Positions 25,801 through 40,211 of a DNA stretch of 64,000 bases are shown piece after piece (the first letter of the stretch is position 1; the number at the start of each line of letters is the position of its first letter). The stretch is from Auanema rhodensis (Eukaryota; Animalia; Nematoda), in assembly GCA_964057225.1 (NCBI GenBank), contig CAXKVF010000072.1:682001-746000 (forward strand), given 5' to 3'. The translations under genes and the position numbers were made by a program. The notes beneath the pieces are model-generated. The model did no database searches. It was given only the letters and a program-made list of their open reading frames with translations, and had not been told where the DNA came from.

Positions 25801-27750
25801 ATTTGTTTTTAGACTAATATGGACATGGGGAATCTAATGTTGAAAACCGCATCTCTTTATCTTTCACGTGAAGCGAGTTACATACCAAGTGCACATCACG
25901 TGTACATTTAATTAGCATAAATTAAAGTTCACGTAAATTTCAAAGTCATGGTTACCATGCACCAATATCAATAAAAATTTGTTTTTAGACTGATATGGAC
26001 ATGGGGAATCTAATGTTGAAAACCGCATCTCTTTATCTTTCACGTGAAGCGAGTTACATACCAAGTGCACATCACGTGTACATTTAATTAGCATAAATTA
26101 AAGTTCACGTAAATTTCAAAGTCATGGTTACCATGAACCAATATCAATAAAAATTTGTTTTTAGACTAATATGGACATGGGGAATCTAATTTTGAAAACC
26201 GCATCTCTTTATCTTTCACGTGAAGCGAGTTACATACCAAGTGCACATCACGTGTACATTTAATTAGCATAAATTAAAGTTCACGTAAATTTCAAAGTCA
26301 TGGTTACCATGAACTAATATCAATAAAAATTTGTTTTTAGACTAATATGGACATGGGGAATCTAATTTTGAAAACCGCATCTCTTTATCTTTCACGTGAA
26401 GCGAGTTACATACCAAGTGCACATCACGTGTACATTTAATTAGCATAAATTAAAGTTCACGTAAATTTCAAAGTCATGGTTACCATGAAGCAATATCAAT
26501 AAAAATTTGTTTTTAGACTAATATGGACAGGGGGAATCTAATTTTGAAAACCGCATCTCTTTATCTTTCACGTGAAGCGAGTTACATACCAAGTGCACAT
26601 CACGTGTACATTTAATTAGAATAAATTAAAGTTCACGTAAATTTCAAAGTCATGGTTACCATGAACTAATATCAATAAAAATTTGTTTTTAGACTAATAT
26701 GGACATGGGGAATCTAATGTTGAAAACCGCATCTCTTTATCTTTCACGTGAAGCGAGTTACATACCAAGTGCACATCACGTGTACATTTAATTAGCATAA
26801 ATTAAAGTTCACGTAAAATTCAAAGTCATGGTTACCATAAACCAATATCAATAAAAATTTGTTTTTAGACTAATATGGACATGGGGAATCTAATTTTGAA
26901 AACCGCATCTCTTTATCTTTCACGTGAAGCGAGTTACATACCAAGTGCACATCACGTGTACATTTAATTAGCATAAATTAAAGTTCACGTAAATTTCAAA
27001 GTCATGGTTACCATGCACCAACATCAATAAAAATTTGTTTTTAGACTAATATGGACATGGGGAATCTAATGTTGAAAACCGCATCTCTTTATCTTTCACG
27101 TGAAGCGAGTTACATACCAAGTGCACATCACGTGTACATTTAATTAGCATAAATTAAAGTTCACGTAAATTTCAAAGTCATGGTTACCATGAACCAATAT
27201 CAATAAAAATTTGTTTTTAGACTAATATGGACATGGGGAATCTAATTTTGAAAACCGCATCTCTTTATCTTTCACGTGAAGCGAGTTACATACCAAGTGC
27301 ACATCACGTGTACATTTAATTAGCATAAATTAAAGTTCACGTAAATTTCAAAGTCATGGTTACCATGAACCAATATCAATAAAAATTTGTTTTTAGACTA
27401 ATATGGACATGGGGAATCTAATTTTGAAAACCGCATCTCTTTATCTTTCACGTGAAGCGAGTTACATACCAAGTGCACATCACGTGTACATTTAATTAGC
27501 ATAAATTAAAGTTCACGTAAATTTCAAAGTCATGGTTACCATGAACCAATATCAATAAAAATTTGTTTTTAGACTAATATGGACAGGGGGAATCTAATTT
27601 TGAAAACCGCATCTCTTTATCTTTCACGTGAAGCGAGTTACATACCAAGTGCACATCACGTGTACATTTAATTAGCATAAATTAAAGTTCACGTAAATTT
27701 CAAAGTCATGGTTACCATGAACCAATATCAATAAAAATTTGTTTTTAGAC

Positions 27751-27806
27751 TAATATGGACATGAGGAATCTAATTTTGTAATATGGACATGAGGAATCTA
27801 ATTTTG
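27751..27806 (+). repeat. 28-bp internal tandem duplication giving a 204-bp monomer (copy 3, perfect halves)
   Basis: TAATATGGACATGAGGAATCTAATTTTG twice, without T89C. Confidence 0.97.
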
Positions 27807-30800
27807 AAAACCGCATCTCTTTATCTTTCACGTGAAGCGAGTTACATACCAAGTGCACATCACGTGTACATTTAATTAGCATAAATTAAAGTTCACGTAA
27901 ATTTCAAAGTCATGGTTACCATGAAGCAATATCAATAAAAATTTGTTTTTAGACTAATATGGACAGGGGGAATCTAATTTTGAAAACCGCATCTCTTTAT
28001 CTTTCACGTGAAGCGAGTTACATACCAAGTGCACATCACGTGTACATTTAATTAGCATAAATTAAAGTTCACGTAAATTTCAAAGTCATGGTTACCATGA
28101 ACCAATATCAATAAAAATTTGTTTTTAGACTAATATGGACATGAGGAATCTAATTTTGAAAACCGCATCTCTTTATCTTTCACGTGAAGCGAGTTACATA
28201 CCAAGTGCACATCACGTGTACATTCAATTAGCATAAATTAAAGTTCACGTAAAATTCAAAGTCATGGTTACCATGAACCAATATCAATAAAAATTTGTTT
28301 TTAGACTAATATGGACATGGGGAATCTAATTTTGAAAACCGCATCTCTTTATCTTTCACGTGAAGCGAGTTACATACCAAGTGCACATCACGTGTACATT
28401 TAATTAGCATAAATTAAAGTTCACGTAAATTTCAAAGTCATGGTTACCATGCACCAACATCAATAAAAATTTGTTTTTAGACTAATATGGACATGGGGAA
28501 TCTAATGTTGAAAACCGCATCTCTTTATCTTTCACGTGAAGCGAGTTACATACCAAGTGCACATCACGTGTACATTTAATTAGCATAAATTAAAGTTCAC
28601 GTAAATTTCAAAGTCATGGTTACCATGAACCAATATCAATAAAAATTTGTTTTTAGACTAATATGGACATGGGGAATCTAATTTTGAAAACCGCATCTCT
28701 TTATCTTTCACGTGAAGCGAGTTACATACCAAGTGCACATCACGTGTACATTTAATTAGCATAAATTAAAGTTCACGTAAATTTCAAAGTCATGGTTACC
28801 ATGCACCAATATCAATAAAAATTTGTTTTTAGACTAATATGGACATGGGGAATCTAATTTTGAAAACCGCATCTCTTTATCTTTCACGTGAAGCGAGTTA
28901 CATACCAAGTGCACATCACGTGTACATTTAATTAGCATAAATTAAAGTTCACGTAAATTTCAAAGTCATGGTTACCATGAACCAATATCAATAAAAATTT
29001 GTTTTTAGACTAATATGGACATGGGGAATCTAATTTTGAAAACCGCATCTCTTTATCTTTCACGTGAAGCGAGTTACATACCAAGTGCACATCACGTGTA
29101 CATTTAATTAGCATAAATTAAAGTTCACGTAAATTTCAAAGTCATGGTTACCATGAACCAATATCAATAAAAATTTGTTTTTAGACTAATATGGACATGG
29201 GGAATCTAATTTTGAAAACCGCATCTCTTTATCTTTCACGTGAAGCGAGTTACATACCAAGTGCACATCACGTGTACATTTATTTAGCATAAATTAAAGT
29301 TCACGTAAATTTCAAAGTCATGGTTAACATGCACCAATATCAATAAAAATTTGTTTTTAGACTAATATGGACATGGGGAATCTAATTTTGAAAACCGCAT
29401 CTCTTTATCTTTCACGTGAAGCGAGTTACATACCAAGTGCACATCACGTGTACATTTAATTAGCATAAATTAAAGTTCACGTAAATTTCAAAGTCATGGT
29501 TACCATGAACCAATATCAATAAAAATTTGTTTTTAGACTAATATGGACATGGGGAATCTAATTTTGAAAACCGCATCTTTTTATCTTTCACGTGAAGCGA
29601 GTTACATACCAAGTGCACATCACGTGTACATTTAATTAGCATAAATTAAAGTTCACGTAAATTTCAAAGTCATGGTTACCATGAAGCAATATCAATAAAA
29701 ATTTGTTTTTAGACTAATATGGACATGGGGAATCTAATTTTGAAAACCGCATCTCTTTATCTTTCACGTGAAGCGAGTTACATACCAAGTGCACATCACG
29801 TGTACATTTAATTAGCATAAATTAAAGTTCACGTAAATTTCAAAGTCATGGTTACCATGAAGCAATATCAATAAAAATTTGTTTTTAGACTAATATGGAC
29901 ATGGGGAATCTAATTTTGAAAACCGCATCTTTTTATCTTTCACGTGAAGCGAGTTACATACCAAGTGCACATCACGTGTACATTTAATTAGCATAAATTA
30001 AAGTTCACGTAAATTTCAAAGTCATGGTTACCATGAACCAATATCAATAAAAATTTGTTTTTAGACTAATATGGACATGGGGAATCTAATTTTGAAAACC
30101 GCATCTCTTTATCTTTCACGTGAAGCGAGTTACATACCAAGTGCACATCACGTGTACATTTAATTAGCATAAATTAAAGTTCACGTAAATTTCAAAGTCA
30201 TGGTTACCATGAACCAATATCAATAAAAATTTGTTTTTAGACTAATATGGACATGGGGAATCTAATTTTGAAAACCGCATCTCTTTATCTTTCACGTGAA
30301 GCGAGTTACATACCAAGTGCACATCACGTGTACATTTAATTAGCATAAATTAAAGTTCACGTAAAATTCAAAGTCATGGTTACCATGCACCAATATCAAT
30401 AAAAATTTGTTTTTAGACTAATATGGACATGGGGAATCTAATTTTGAAAACCGCATCTCTTTATCTTTCACGTGAAGCGAGTTACATACCAAGTGCACAT
30501 CACGTGTACATTTAATTAGCATAAATTAAAGTTCACGTAAATTTCAAAGTCATGGTTACCATGAACCAATATCAATAAAAATTTGTTTTTAGACTAATAT
30601 GGACATGGGGAATCTAATTTTGAAAACCGCATCTCTTTATCTTTCACGTGAAGCGAGTTACATACCAAGTGCACATCACGTGTACATTTAATTAGCATAA
30701 ATTAAAGTTCACGTAAAATTCAAAGTCATGGTTACCATGCACCAATATCAATAAAAATTTGTTTTTAGACTAATATGGACATGGGGAATCTAATTTTGAA

Positions 30801-33800
30801 AACCGCATCTCTTTATCTTTCACGTGAAGCGAGTTACATACCAAGTGCACATCACGTGTACATTTAATTAGCATAAATTAAAGTTCACGTAAATTTCAAA
30901 GTCATGGTTACCATGAACCAATATCAATAAAAATTTGTTTTTAGACTAATATGGACATGGGGAATCTAATTTTGAAAACCGCATCTCTTTATCTTTCACG
31001 TGAAGCGAGTTACATACCAAGTGCACATCACGTGTACATTTAATTAGCATAAATTAAAGTTCACGTAAATTTCAAAGTCATGGTTACCATGAACCAATAT
31101 CAATAAAAATTTGTTTTTAGACTAATATGGACATGGGGAATCTAATTTTGAAAACCGCATCTCTTTATCTTTCACGTGAAGCGAGTTACATACCAAGTGC
31201 ACATCACGTGTACATTTAATTAGCATAAATTAAAGTTCACGTAAAATTCAAAGTCATGGTTACCATGCACCAATATCAATAAAAATTTGTTTTTAGACTA
31301 ATATGGACATGGGGAATCTAATTTTGAAAACCGCATCTCTTTATCTTTCACGTGAAGCGAGTTACATACCAAGTGCACATCACGTGTACATTTAATTAGC
31401 ATAAATTAAAGTTCACGTAAATTTCAAAGTCATGGTTACCATGAAGCAATATCAATAAAAATTTGTTTTTAGACTAATATGGACATGGGGAATCTAATTT
31501 TGAAAACCGCATCTCTTTATCTTTCACGTGAAGCGAGTTACATACCAAGTGCACATCACGTGTACATTTAATTAGCATAAATTAAAGTTCACGTAAATTT
31601 CAAAGTCATGGTTACCATGAAGCAATATCAATAAAAATTTGGTTTTAGACTAATATGGACATGGGGAATCTAATTTTGAAAACCGCATCTTTTTATCTTT
31701 CACGTGAAGCGAGTTACATACCAAGTGCACATCACGTGTACATTTAATTAGCATAAATTAAAGTTCACGTAAATTTCAAAGTCATGGTTACCATGAACCA
31801 ATATCAATAAAAATTTGTTTTTAGACTAATATGGACATGGGGAATCTAATTTTGAAAACCGCATCTTTTTATCTTTCACGTGAAGCGAGTTACATACCAA
31901 GTGCACATCACGTGTACATTTAATTAGCATAAATTAAAGTTCACGTAAATTTCAAAGTCATGGTTACCATGAACCAATATCAATAAAAATTTGTTTTTAG
32001 ACTAATATGGACATGGGGAATCTAATTTTGAAAACCGCATCTCTTTATCTTTCACGTGAAGCGAGTTACATACCAAGTGCACATCACGTGTACATTTAAT
32101 TAGCATAAATTAAAGTTCACGTAAATTTCAAAGTCATGGTTACCATGAACCAATATCAATAAAAATTTGTTTTTAGACTAATATGGAGATGAGGAATCTA
32201 ATTTTGAAAACCGCATCTCTTTATCTTTCACGTGAAGCGAGTTACATACCAAGTGCACATCACGTGTACATTCAATTAGCATAAATTAAAGTTCACGTAA
32301 AATTCAAAGTCATGGTTACCATGAACCAATATCAATAAAAATTTGTTTTTAGACTAATATGGACATGGGGAATCTAATTTTGAAAACCGCATCTTTTTAT
32401 CTTTCACGTGAAGCGAGTTACATACCAAGTGCACATCACGTGTACATTTAATTAGCATAAATTAAAGTTCACGTAAATTTCAAAGTCATGGTTACCATGA
32501 ACCAATATCAATAAAAATTTGTTTTTAGACTAATATGGACATGGGGAATCTAATTTTGAAAACCGCATCTCTTTATCTTTCACGTGAAGCGAGTTACATA
32601 CCAAGTGCACATCACGTGTACATTTAATTAGCATAAATTAAAGTTCACGTAAATTTCAAAGTCATGGTTACCATGAACCAATATCAATAAAAATTTGTTT
32701 TTAGACTAATATGGAGATGAGGAATCTAATTTTGAAAACCGCATCTCTTTATCTTTCACGTGAAGCGAGTTACATACCAAGTGCACATCACGTGTACATT
32801 CAATTAGCATAAATTAAAGTTCACGTAAAATTCAAAGTCATGGTTACCATGAACCAATATCAATAAAAATTTGTTTTTAGACTAATATGGACATGGGGAA
32901 TCTAATTTTGAAAACCGCATCTCTTTATCTTTCACGTGAAGCGAGTTACATACCAAGTGCACATCACGTGTACATTTAATTAGCATAAATTAAAGTTCAC
33001 GTAAATTTCAAAGTCATGGTTACCATGAACCAATATCAATAAAAATTTGTGTTTAGACTAATATGGACATGGGGAATCTAATTTTGAAAACCGCATCTCT
33101 TTATCTTTCACGTGAAGCGAGTTACATACCAAGTGCACATCACGTGTACATTTAATTAGCATAAATTAAAGTTCACGTAAATTTCAAAGTCATGGTTACC
33201 ATGAACCAATATCAATAAAAATTTGTTTTTAGACTAATATGGACATGGGGAATCTAATTTTGAAAACCGCATCTTTTTATCTTTCACGTGAAGCGAGTTA
33301 CATACCAAGTGCACATCACGTGTACATTTAATTAGCATAAATTAAAGTTCACGTAAATTTCAAAGTCATGGTTACCATGAAGCAATATCAATAAAAATTT
33401 GTTTTTAGACTAATATGGACATGGGGAATCTAATTTTGAAAACCGCATCTCTTTATCTTTCACGTGAAGCGAGTTACATACCAAGTGCACATCACGTGTA
33501 CATTTAATTAGCATAAATTAAAGTTCACGTAAATTTCAAAGTCATGGTTACCATGAAGCAATATCAATAAAAATTTGTTTTTAGACTAATATGGACATGG
33601 GGAATCTAATTTTGAAAACCGCATCTCTTTATCTTTCACGTGAAGCGAGTTACATACCAAGTGCACATCACGTGTACATTTAATTAGCATAAATTAAAGT
33701 TCACGTAAATTTCAAAGTCATGGTTACCATGAACCAATATCAATAAAAATTTGTTTTTAGACTAATATGGACATGGGGAATCTAATTTTGAAAACCGCAT

Positions 33801-34227
33801 CTCTTTATCTTTCACGTGAAGCGAGTTACATACCAAGTGCACATCACGTGTACATTTAATTAGCATAAATTAAAGTTCACGTAAATTTCAAAGTCATGGT
33901 TACCATGCACCAATATCAATAAAAATTTGTTTTTAGACTAATATGGACATGGGGAATCTAATTTTGAAAACCGCATCTCTTTATCTTTCACGTGAAGCGA
34001 GTTACATACCAAGTGCACATCACGTGTACATTTAATTAGCATAAATTAAAGTTCACGTAAATTTCAAAGTCATGGTTACCATGAACCAATATCGATAAAA
34101 ATTTGTTTTTAGACTAATATGGACATGGGGAATCTAATTTTGAAAACCGCATCTCTTTATCTCTCACGTGAAGCGGGTTACATACCAAGTGCACATCACG
34201 TGTACATTTAATTAGCATAAATTAAAG

Positions 34228-37200
34228 TTCACGTAAATTTCAAAGTCATGGTTACCATGAAGCAATATCAATAAAAATTTGTTTTTAGACTAATATGGAC
34301 ATGGGGAATCTAATTTTGAAAACCGCATCTCTTTATCTTTCACGTGAAGCGAGTTACATACCAAGTGCACATCACGTGTACATTTAATTAGCATAAATTA
34401 AAGTTCACGTAAATTTCAAAGTCATGGTTACCATGAACCAATATCAATAAAAATTTGTTTTTAGACTAATATGGACATGGGGAATCTAATTTTGAAAACC
34501 GCATCTCTTTATCTTTCACGTGAAGCGAGTTACATACCAAGTGCACATCACGTGTACATTTAATTAGCATAAATTAAAGTTCACGTAAATTTCAAAGTCA
34601 TGGTTACCATGAAGCAATATCAATAAAAATTTGTTTTTAGACTAATATGGACATGGGGAATCTAATTTTGAAAACCGCATCTCTTTATCTTTCACGTGAA
34701 GCGAGTTACATACCAAGTGCACATCACGTGTACATTTAATTAGCATAAATTAAAGTTCACGTAAATTTCAAAGTCATGGTTACCATGAACCAATATCAAT
34801 AAAAATTTGTTTTTAGACTAATATGGACATGGGGAATCTTATTTTGAAAACCGCATCTCTTTATCTTTCACGTGAAGCGAGTTACATACCAAGTGCACAT
34901 CACGTGTACATTTAATTAGCATAAATTAAAGTTCACGTAAATTTCAAAGTCATGGTTACCATGCACCAATATCAATAAAAATTTGTTTTTAGACTAATAT
35001 GGACAAGGGGAATCTAATTTTGAAAACCGCATCTCTTTATCTTTCACGTGAAGCGAGTTACATACCAAGTGCACATCACGTGTACATTTAATTAGCATAA
35101 ATTAAAGTTCACGTAAATTTCAAAGTCATGGTTACCATGAACCAATATCGATAAAAATTTGTTTTTAGACTAATATGGACATGGGGAATCTAATTTTGAA
35201 AACCGCATCTCTTTATCTTTCACGTGAAGCGGGTTACATACCAAGTGCACATCACGTGTACATTTAATTAGCATAAATTAAAGTTCACGTAAATTTCAAA
35301 GTCATGGTTACCATGAAGCAATATCAATAAAAATTTGTTTTTAGACTAATATGGACATGGGGAATCTAATTTTGAAAACCGCATCTCTTTATCTTTCACG
35401 TGAAGCGAGTTACATACCAAGTGCACATCACGTGTACATTTAATTAGCATAAATTAAAGTTCACGTAAATTTCAAAGTCATGGTTACCATGAACCAATAT
35501 CAATAAAAATTTGTTTTTAGACTAATATGGACATGGGGAATCTAATTTTGAAAACCGCATCTCTTTATCTTTCACGTGAAGCGAGTTACATACCAAGTGC
35601 ACATCACGTGTACATTTAATTAGCATAAATTAAAGTTCACGTAAATTTCAAAGTCATGGTTACCATGAACCAATATCAATAAAAATTTGTTTTTAGACTA
35701 ATATGGACATGGGGAATCTAATTTTGAAAACCGCATCTCTTTATCTTTCACGTGAAGCGAGTTACATACCAAGTGCACATCACGTGTACATTTAATTAGC
35801 ATAAATTAAAGTTCACGTAAATTTCAAAGTCATGGTTACCATGAAGCAATATCAATAAAAATTTGTTTTTAGACTAATATGGACATGGGGAATCTAATTT
35901 TGAAAACCGCATCTCTTTATCTTTCACGTGAAGCGAGTTACATACCAAGTGCACATCACGTGTACATTTAATTAGCATAAATTAAAGTTCACGTAAATTT
36001 CAAAGTCATGGTTACCATGAACCAATATCAATAAAAATTTGTTTTTAGACTAATATGGACATGGGGAATCTAATTTTGAAAACCGCATCTCTTTATCTTT
36101 CACGTGAAGCGAGTTACATACCAAGTGCACATCACGTGTACATTTAATTAGCATAAATTAAAGTTCACGTAAATTTCAAAGTCATGGTTACCATGAAGCA
36201 ATATCAATAAAAATTTGTTTTTAGACTAATATGGACATGGGGAATCTAATTTTGAAAACCGCATCTCTTTATCTTTCACGTGAAGCGAGTTACATACCAA
36301 GTGCACATCACGTGTACATTTAATTAGCATAAATTAAAGTTCACGTAAATTTCAAAGTCATGGTTACCATGAAGCAATATCAATAAAAATTTGTTTTTAG
36401 ACTAATATGGACATGGGGAATCTAATTTTGAAAACCGCATCTCTTTATCTTTCACGTGAAGCGAGTTACATACCAAGTGCACATCACGTGTACATTTAAT
36501 TAGCATAAATTAAAGTTCACGTAAATTTCAAAGTCATGGTTACCATGAACCAATATCAATAAAAATTTGTTTTTAGACTAATATGGACATGGGGAATCTA
36601 ATTTTGAAAACCGCATCTCTTTATCTTTCACGTGAAGCGAGTTACATACCAAGTGCACATCACGTGTACATTTAATTAGCATAAATTAAAGTTCACGTAA
36701 ATTTCAAAGTCATGGTTACCATGAACCAATATCAATAAAAATTTGTTTTTAGACTAATATGGACATGGGGAATCTAATTTTGAAAACCGCATCTCTTTAT
36801 CTTTCACGTGAAGCGAGTTACATACCAAGTGCACATCACGTGTACATTTAATTAGCATAAATTAAAGTTCACGTAAATTTCAAAGTCATGGTTACCATGA
36901 AGCAATATCAATAAAAATTTGTTTTTAGACTAATATGGACATGGGGAATCTAATTTTGAAAACCGCATCTCTTTATCTTTCACGTGAAGCGAGTTACATA
37001 CCAAGTGCACATCACGTGTACATTTAATTAGCATAAATTAAAGTTCACGTAAATTTCAAAGTCATGGTTACCATGAACCAATATCAATAAAAATTTGTTT
37101 TTAGACTAATATGGACATGGGGAATCTAATTTTGAAAACCGCATCTCTTTATCTTTCACGTGAAGCGAGTTACATACCAAGTGCACATCACGTGTACATT

Positions 37201-40119
37201 TAATTAGCATAAATTAAAGTTCACGTAAATTTCAAAGTCATGGTTACCATGAAGCAATATCAATAAAAATTTGTTTTTAGACTAATATGGACATGGGGAA
37301 TCTAATTTTGAAAACCGCATCTCTTTATCTTTCACGTGAAGCGAGTTACATACCAAGTGCACATCACGTGTACATTTAATTAGCATAAATTAAAGTTCAC
37401 GTAAATTTCAAAGTCATGGTTACCATGAACCAATATCAATAAAAATTTGTTTTTAGACTAATATGGACATGGGGAATCTTATTTTGAAAACCGCATCTCT
37501 TTATCTTTCACGTGAAGCGAGTTACATACCAAGTGCACATCACGTGTACATTTAATTAGCATAAATTAAAGTTCACGTAAATTTCAAAGTCATGGTTACC
37601 ATGCACCAATATCAATAAAAATTTGTTTTTAGACTAATATGGACAAGGGGAATCTAATTTTGAAAACCGCATCTCTTTATCTTTCACGTGAAGCGAGTTA
37701 CATACCAAGTGCACATCACGTGTACATTTAATTAGCATAAATTAAAGTTCACGTAAATTTCAAAGTCATGGTTACCATGAACCAATATCGATAAAAATTT
37801 GTTTTTAGACTAATATGGACATGGGGAATCTAATTTTGAAAACCGCATCTCTTTATCTTTCACGTGAAGCGGGTTACATACCAAGTGCACATCACGTGTA
37901 CATTTAATTAGCATAAATTAAAGTTCACGTAAATTTCAAAGTCATGGTTACCATGAAGCAATATCAATAAAAATTTGTTTTTAGACTAATATGGACATGG
38001 GGAATCTAATTTTGAAAACCGCATCTCTTTATCTTTCACGTGAAGCGAGTTACATACCAAGTGCACATCACGTGTACATTTAATTAGCATAAATTAAAGT
38101 TCACGTAAATTTCAAAGTCATGGTTACCATGAACCAATATCAATAAAAATTTGTTTTTAGACTAATATGGACATGGGGAATCTAATTTTGAAAACCGCAT
38201 CTCTTTATCTTTCACGTGAAGCGAGTTACATACCAAGTGCACATCACGTGTACATTTAATTAGCATAAATTAAAGTTCACGTAAATTTCAAAGTCATGGT
38301 TACCATGAACCAATATCAATAAAAATTTGTTTTTAGACTAATATGGACATGGGGAATCTAATTTTGAAAACCGCATCTCTTTATCTTTCACGTGAAGCGA
38401 GTTACATACCAAGTGCACATCACGTGTACATTTAATTAGCATAAATTAAAGTTCACGTAAATTTCAAAGTCATGGTTACCATGAAGCAATATCAATAAAA
38501 ATTTGTTTTTAGACTAATATGGACATGGGGAATCTAATTTTGAAAACCGCATCTCTTTATCTTTCACGTGAAGCGAGTTACATACCAAGTGCACATCACG
38601 TGTACATTTAATTAGCATAAATTAAAGTTCACGTAAATTTCAAAGTCATGGTTACCATGAACCAATATCAATAAAAATTTGTTTTTAGACTAATATGGAC
38701 ATGGGGAATCTAATTTTGAAAACCGCATCTCTTTATCTTTCACGTGAAGCGAGTTACATACCAAGTGCACATCACGTGTACATTTAATTAGCATAAATTA
38801 AAGTTCACGTAAATTTCAAAGTCATGGTTACCATGAAGCAATATCAATAAAAATTTGTTTTTAGACTAATATGGACATGGGGAATCTAATTTTGAAAACC
38901 GCATCTCTTTATCTTTCACGTGAAGCGAGTTACATACCAAGTGCACATCACGTGTACATTTAATTAGCATAAATTAAAGTTCACGTAAATTTCAAAGTCA
39001 TGGTTACCATGAAGCAATATCAATAAAAATTTGTTTTTAGACTAATATGGACATGGGGAATCTAATTTTGAAAACCGCATCTCTTTATCTTTCACGTGAA
39101 GCGAGTTACATACCAAGTGCACATCACGTGTACATTTAATTAGCATAAATTAAAGTTCACGTAAATTTCAAAGTCATGGTTACCATGAACCAATATCAAT
39201 AAAAATTTGTTTTTAGACTAATATGGACATGGGGAATCTAATTTTGAAAACCGCATCTCTTTATCTTTCACGTGAAGCGAGTTACATACCAAGTGCACAT
39301 CACGTGTACATTTAATTAGCATAAATTAAAGTTCACGTAAATTTCAAAGTCATGGTTACCATGAACCAATATCAATAAAAATTTGTTTTTAGACTAATAT
39401 GGACATGGGGAATCTAATTTTGAAAACCGCATCTCTTTATCTTTCACGTGAAGCGAGTTACATACCAAGTGCACATCACGTGTACATTTAATTAGCATAA
39501 ATTAAAGTTCACGTAAATTTCAAAGTCATGGTTACCATGAAGCAATATCAATAAAAATTTGTTTTTAGACTAATATGGACATGGGGAATCTAATTTTGAA
39601 AACCGCATCTCTTTATCTTTCACGTGAAGCGAGTTACATACCAAGTGCACATCACGTGTACATTTAATTAGCATAAATTAAAGTTCACGTAAATTTCAAA
39701 GTCATGGTTACCATGAACCAATATCAATAAAAATTTGTTTTTAGACTAATATGGACATGGGGAATCTAATTTTGAAAACCGCATCTCTTTATCTTTCACG
39801 TGAAGCGAGTTACATACCAAGTGCACATCACGTGTACATTTAATTAGCATAAATTAAAGTTCACGTAAATTTCAAAGTCATGGTTACCATGAAGCAATAT
39901 CAATAAAAATTTGTTTTTAGACTAATATGGACATGGGGAATCTAATTTTGAAAACCGCATCTCTTTATCTTTCACGTGAAGCGAGTTACATACCAAGTGC
40001 ACATCACGTGTACATTTAATTAGCATAAATTAAAGTTCACGTAAATTTCAAAGTCATGGTTACCATGAACCAATATCAATAAAAATTTGTTTTTAGACTA
40101 ATATGGACATGGGGAATCT
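34228..40119 (+). repeat. 15-monomer (2640-bp) tandem duplication, about 2.2 apparently identical copies
   Basis: A85T monomers at 34756 and 37396; A33C+T75A at 34932, 37572 and 40212; A43G+A125G at 35108, 37748 and 40388; the C35G pattern between them is the same. Confidence 0.9.
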
Positions 40120-40211
40120 AATTTTGAAAACCGCATCTCTTTATCTTTCACGTGAAGCGAGTTACATACCAAGTGCACATCACGTGTACATTTAATTAGC
40201 ATAAATTAAAG

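Noticed and set aside
25912-26094. 60-aa minus-strand ORF (MLIKCTRDVHLV...)
   Set aside because: It is a translation of one satellite monomer. A private A65G change at 25992 turns the minus-strand TAG into CAG; other monomers stop after about 34 codons. No recognisable domain or gene context.
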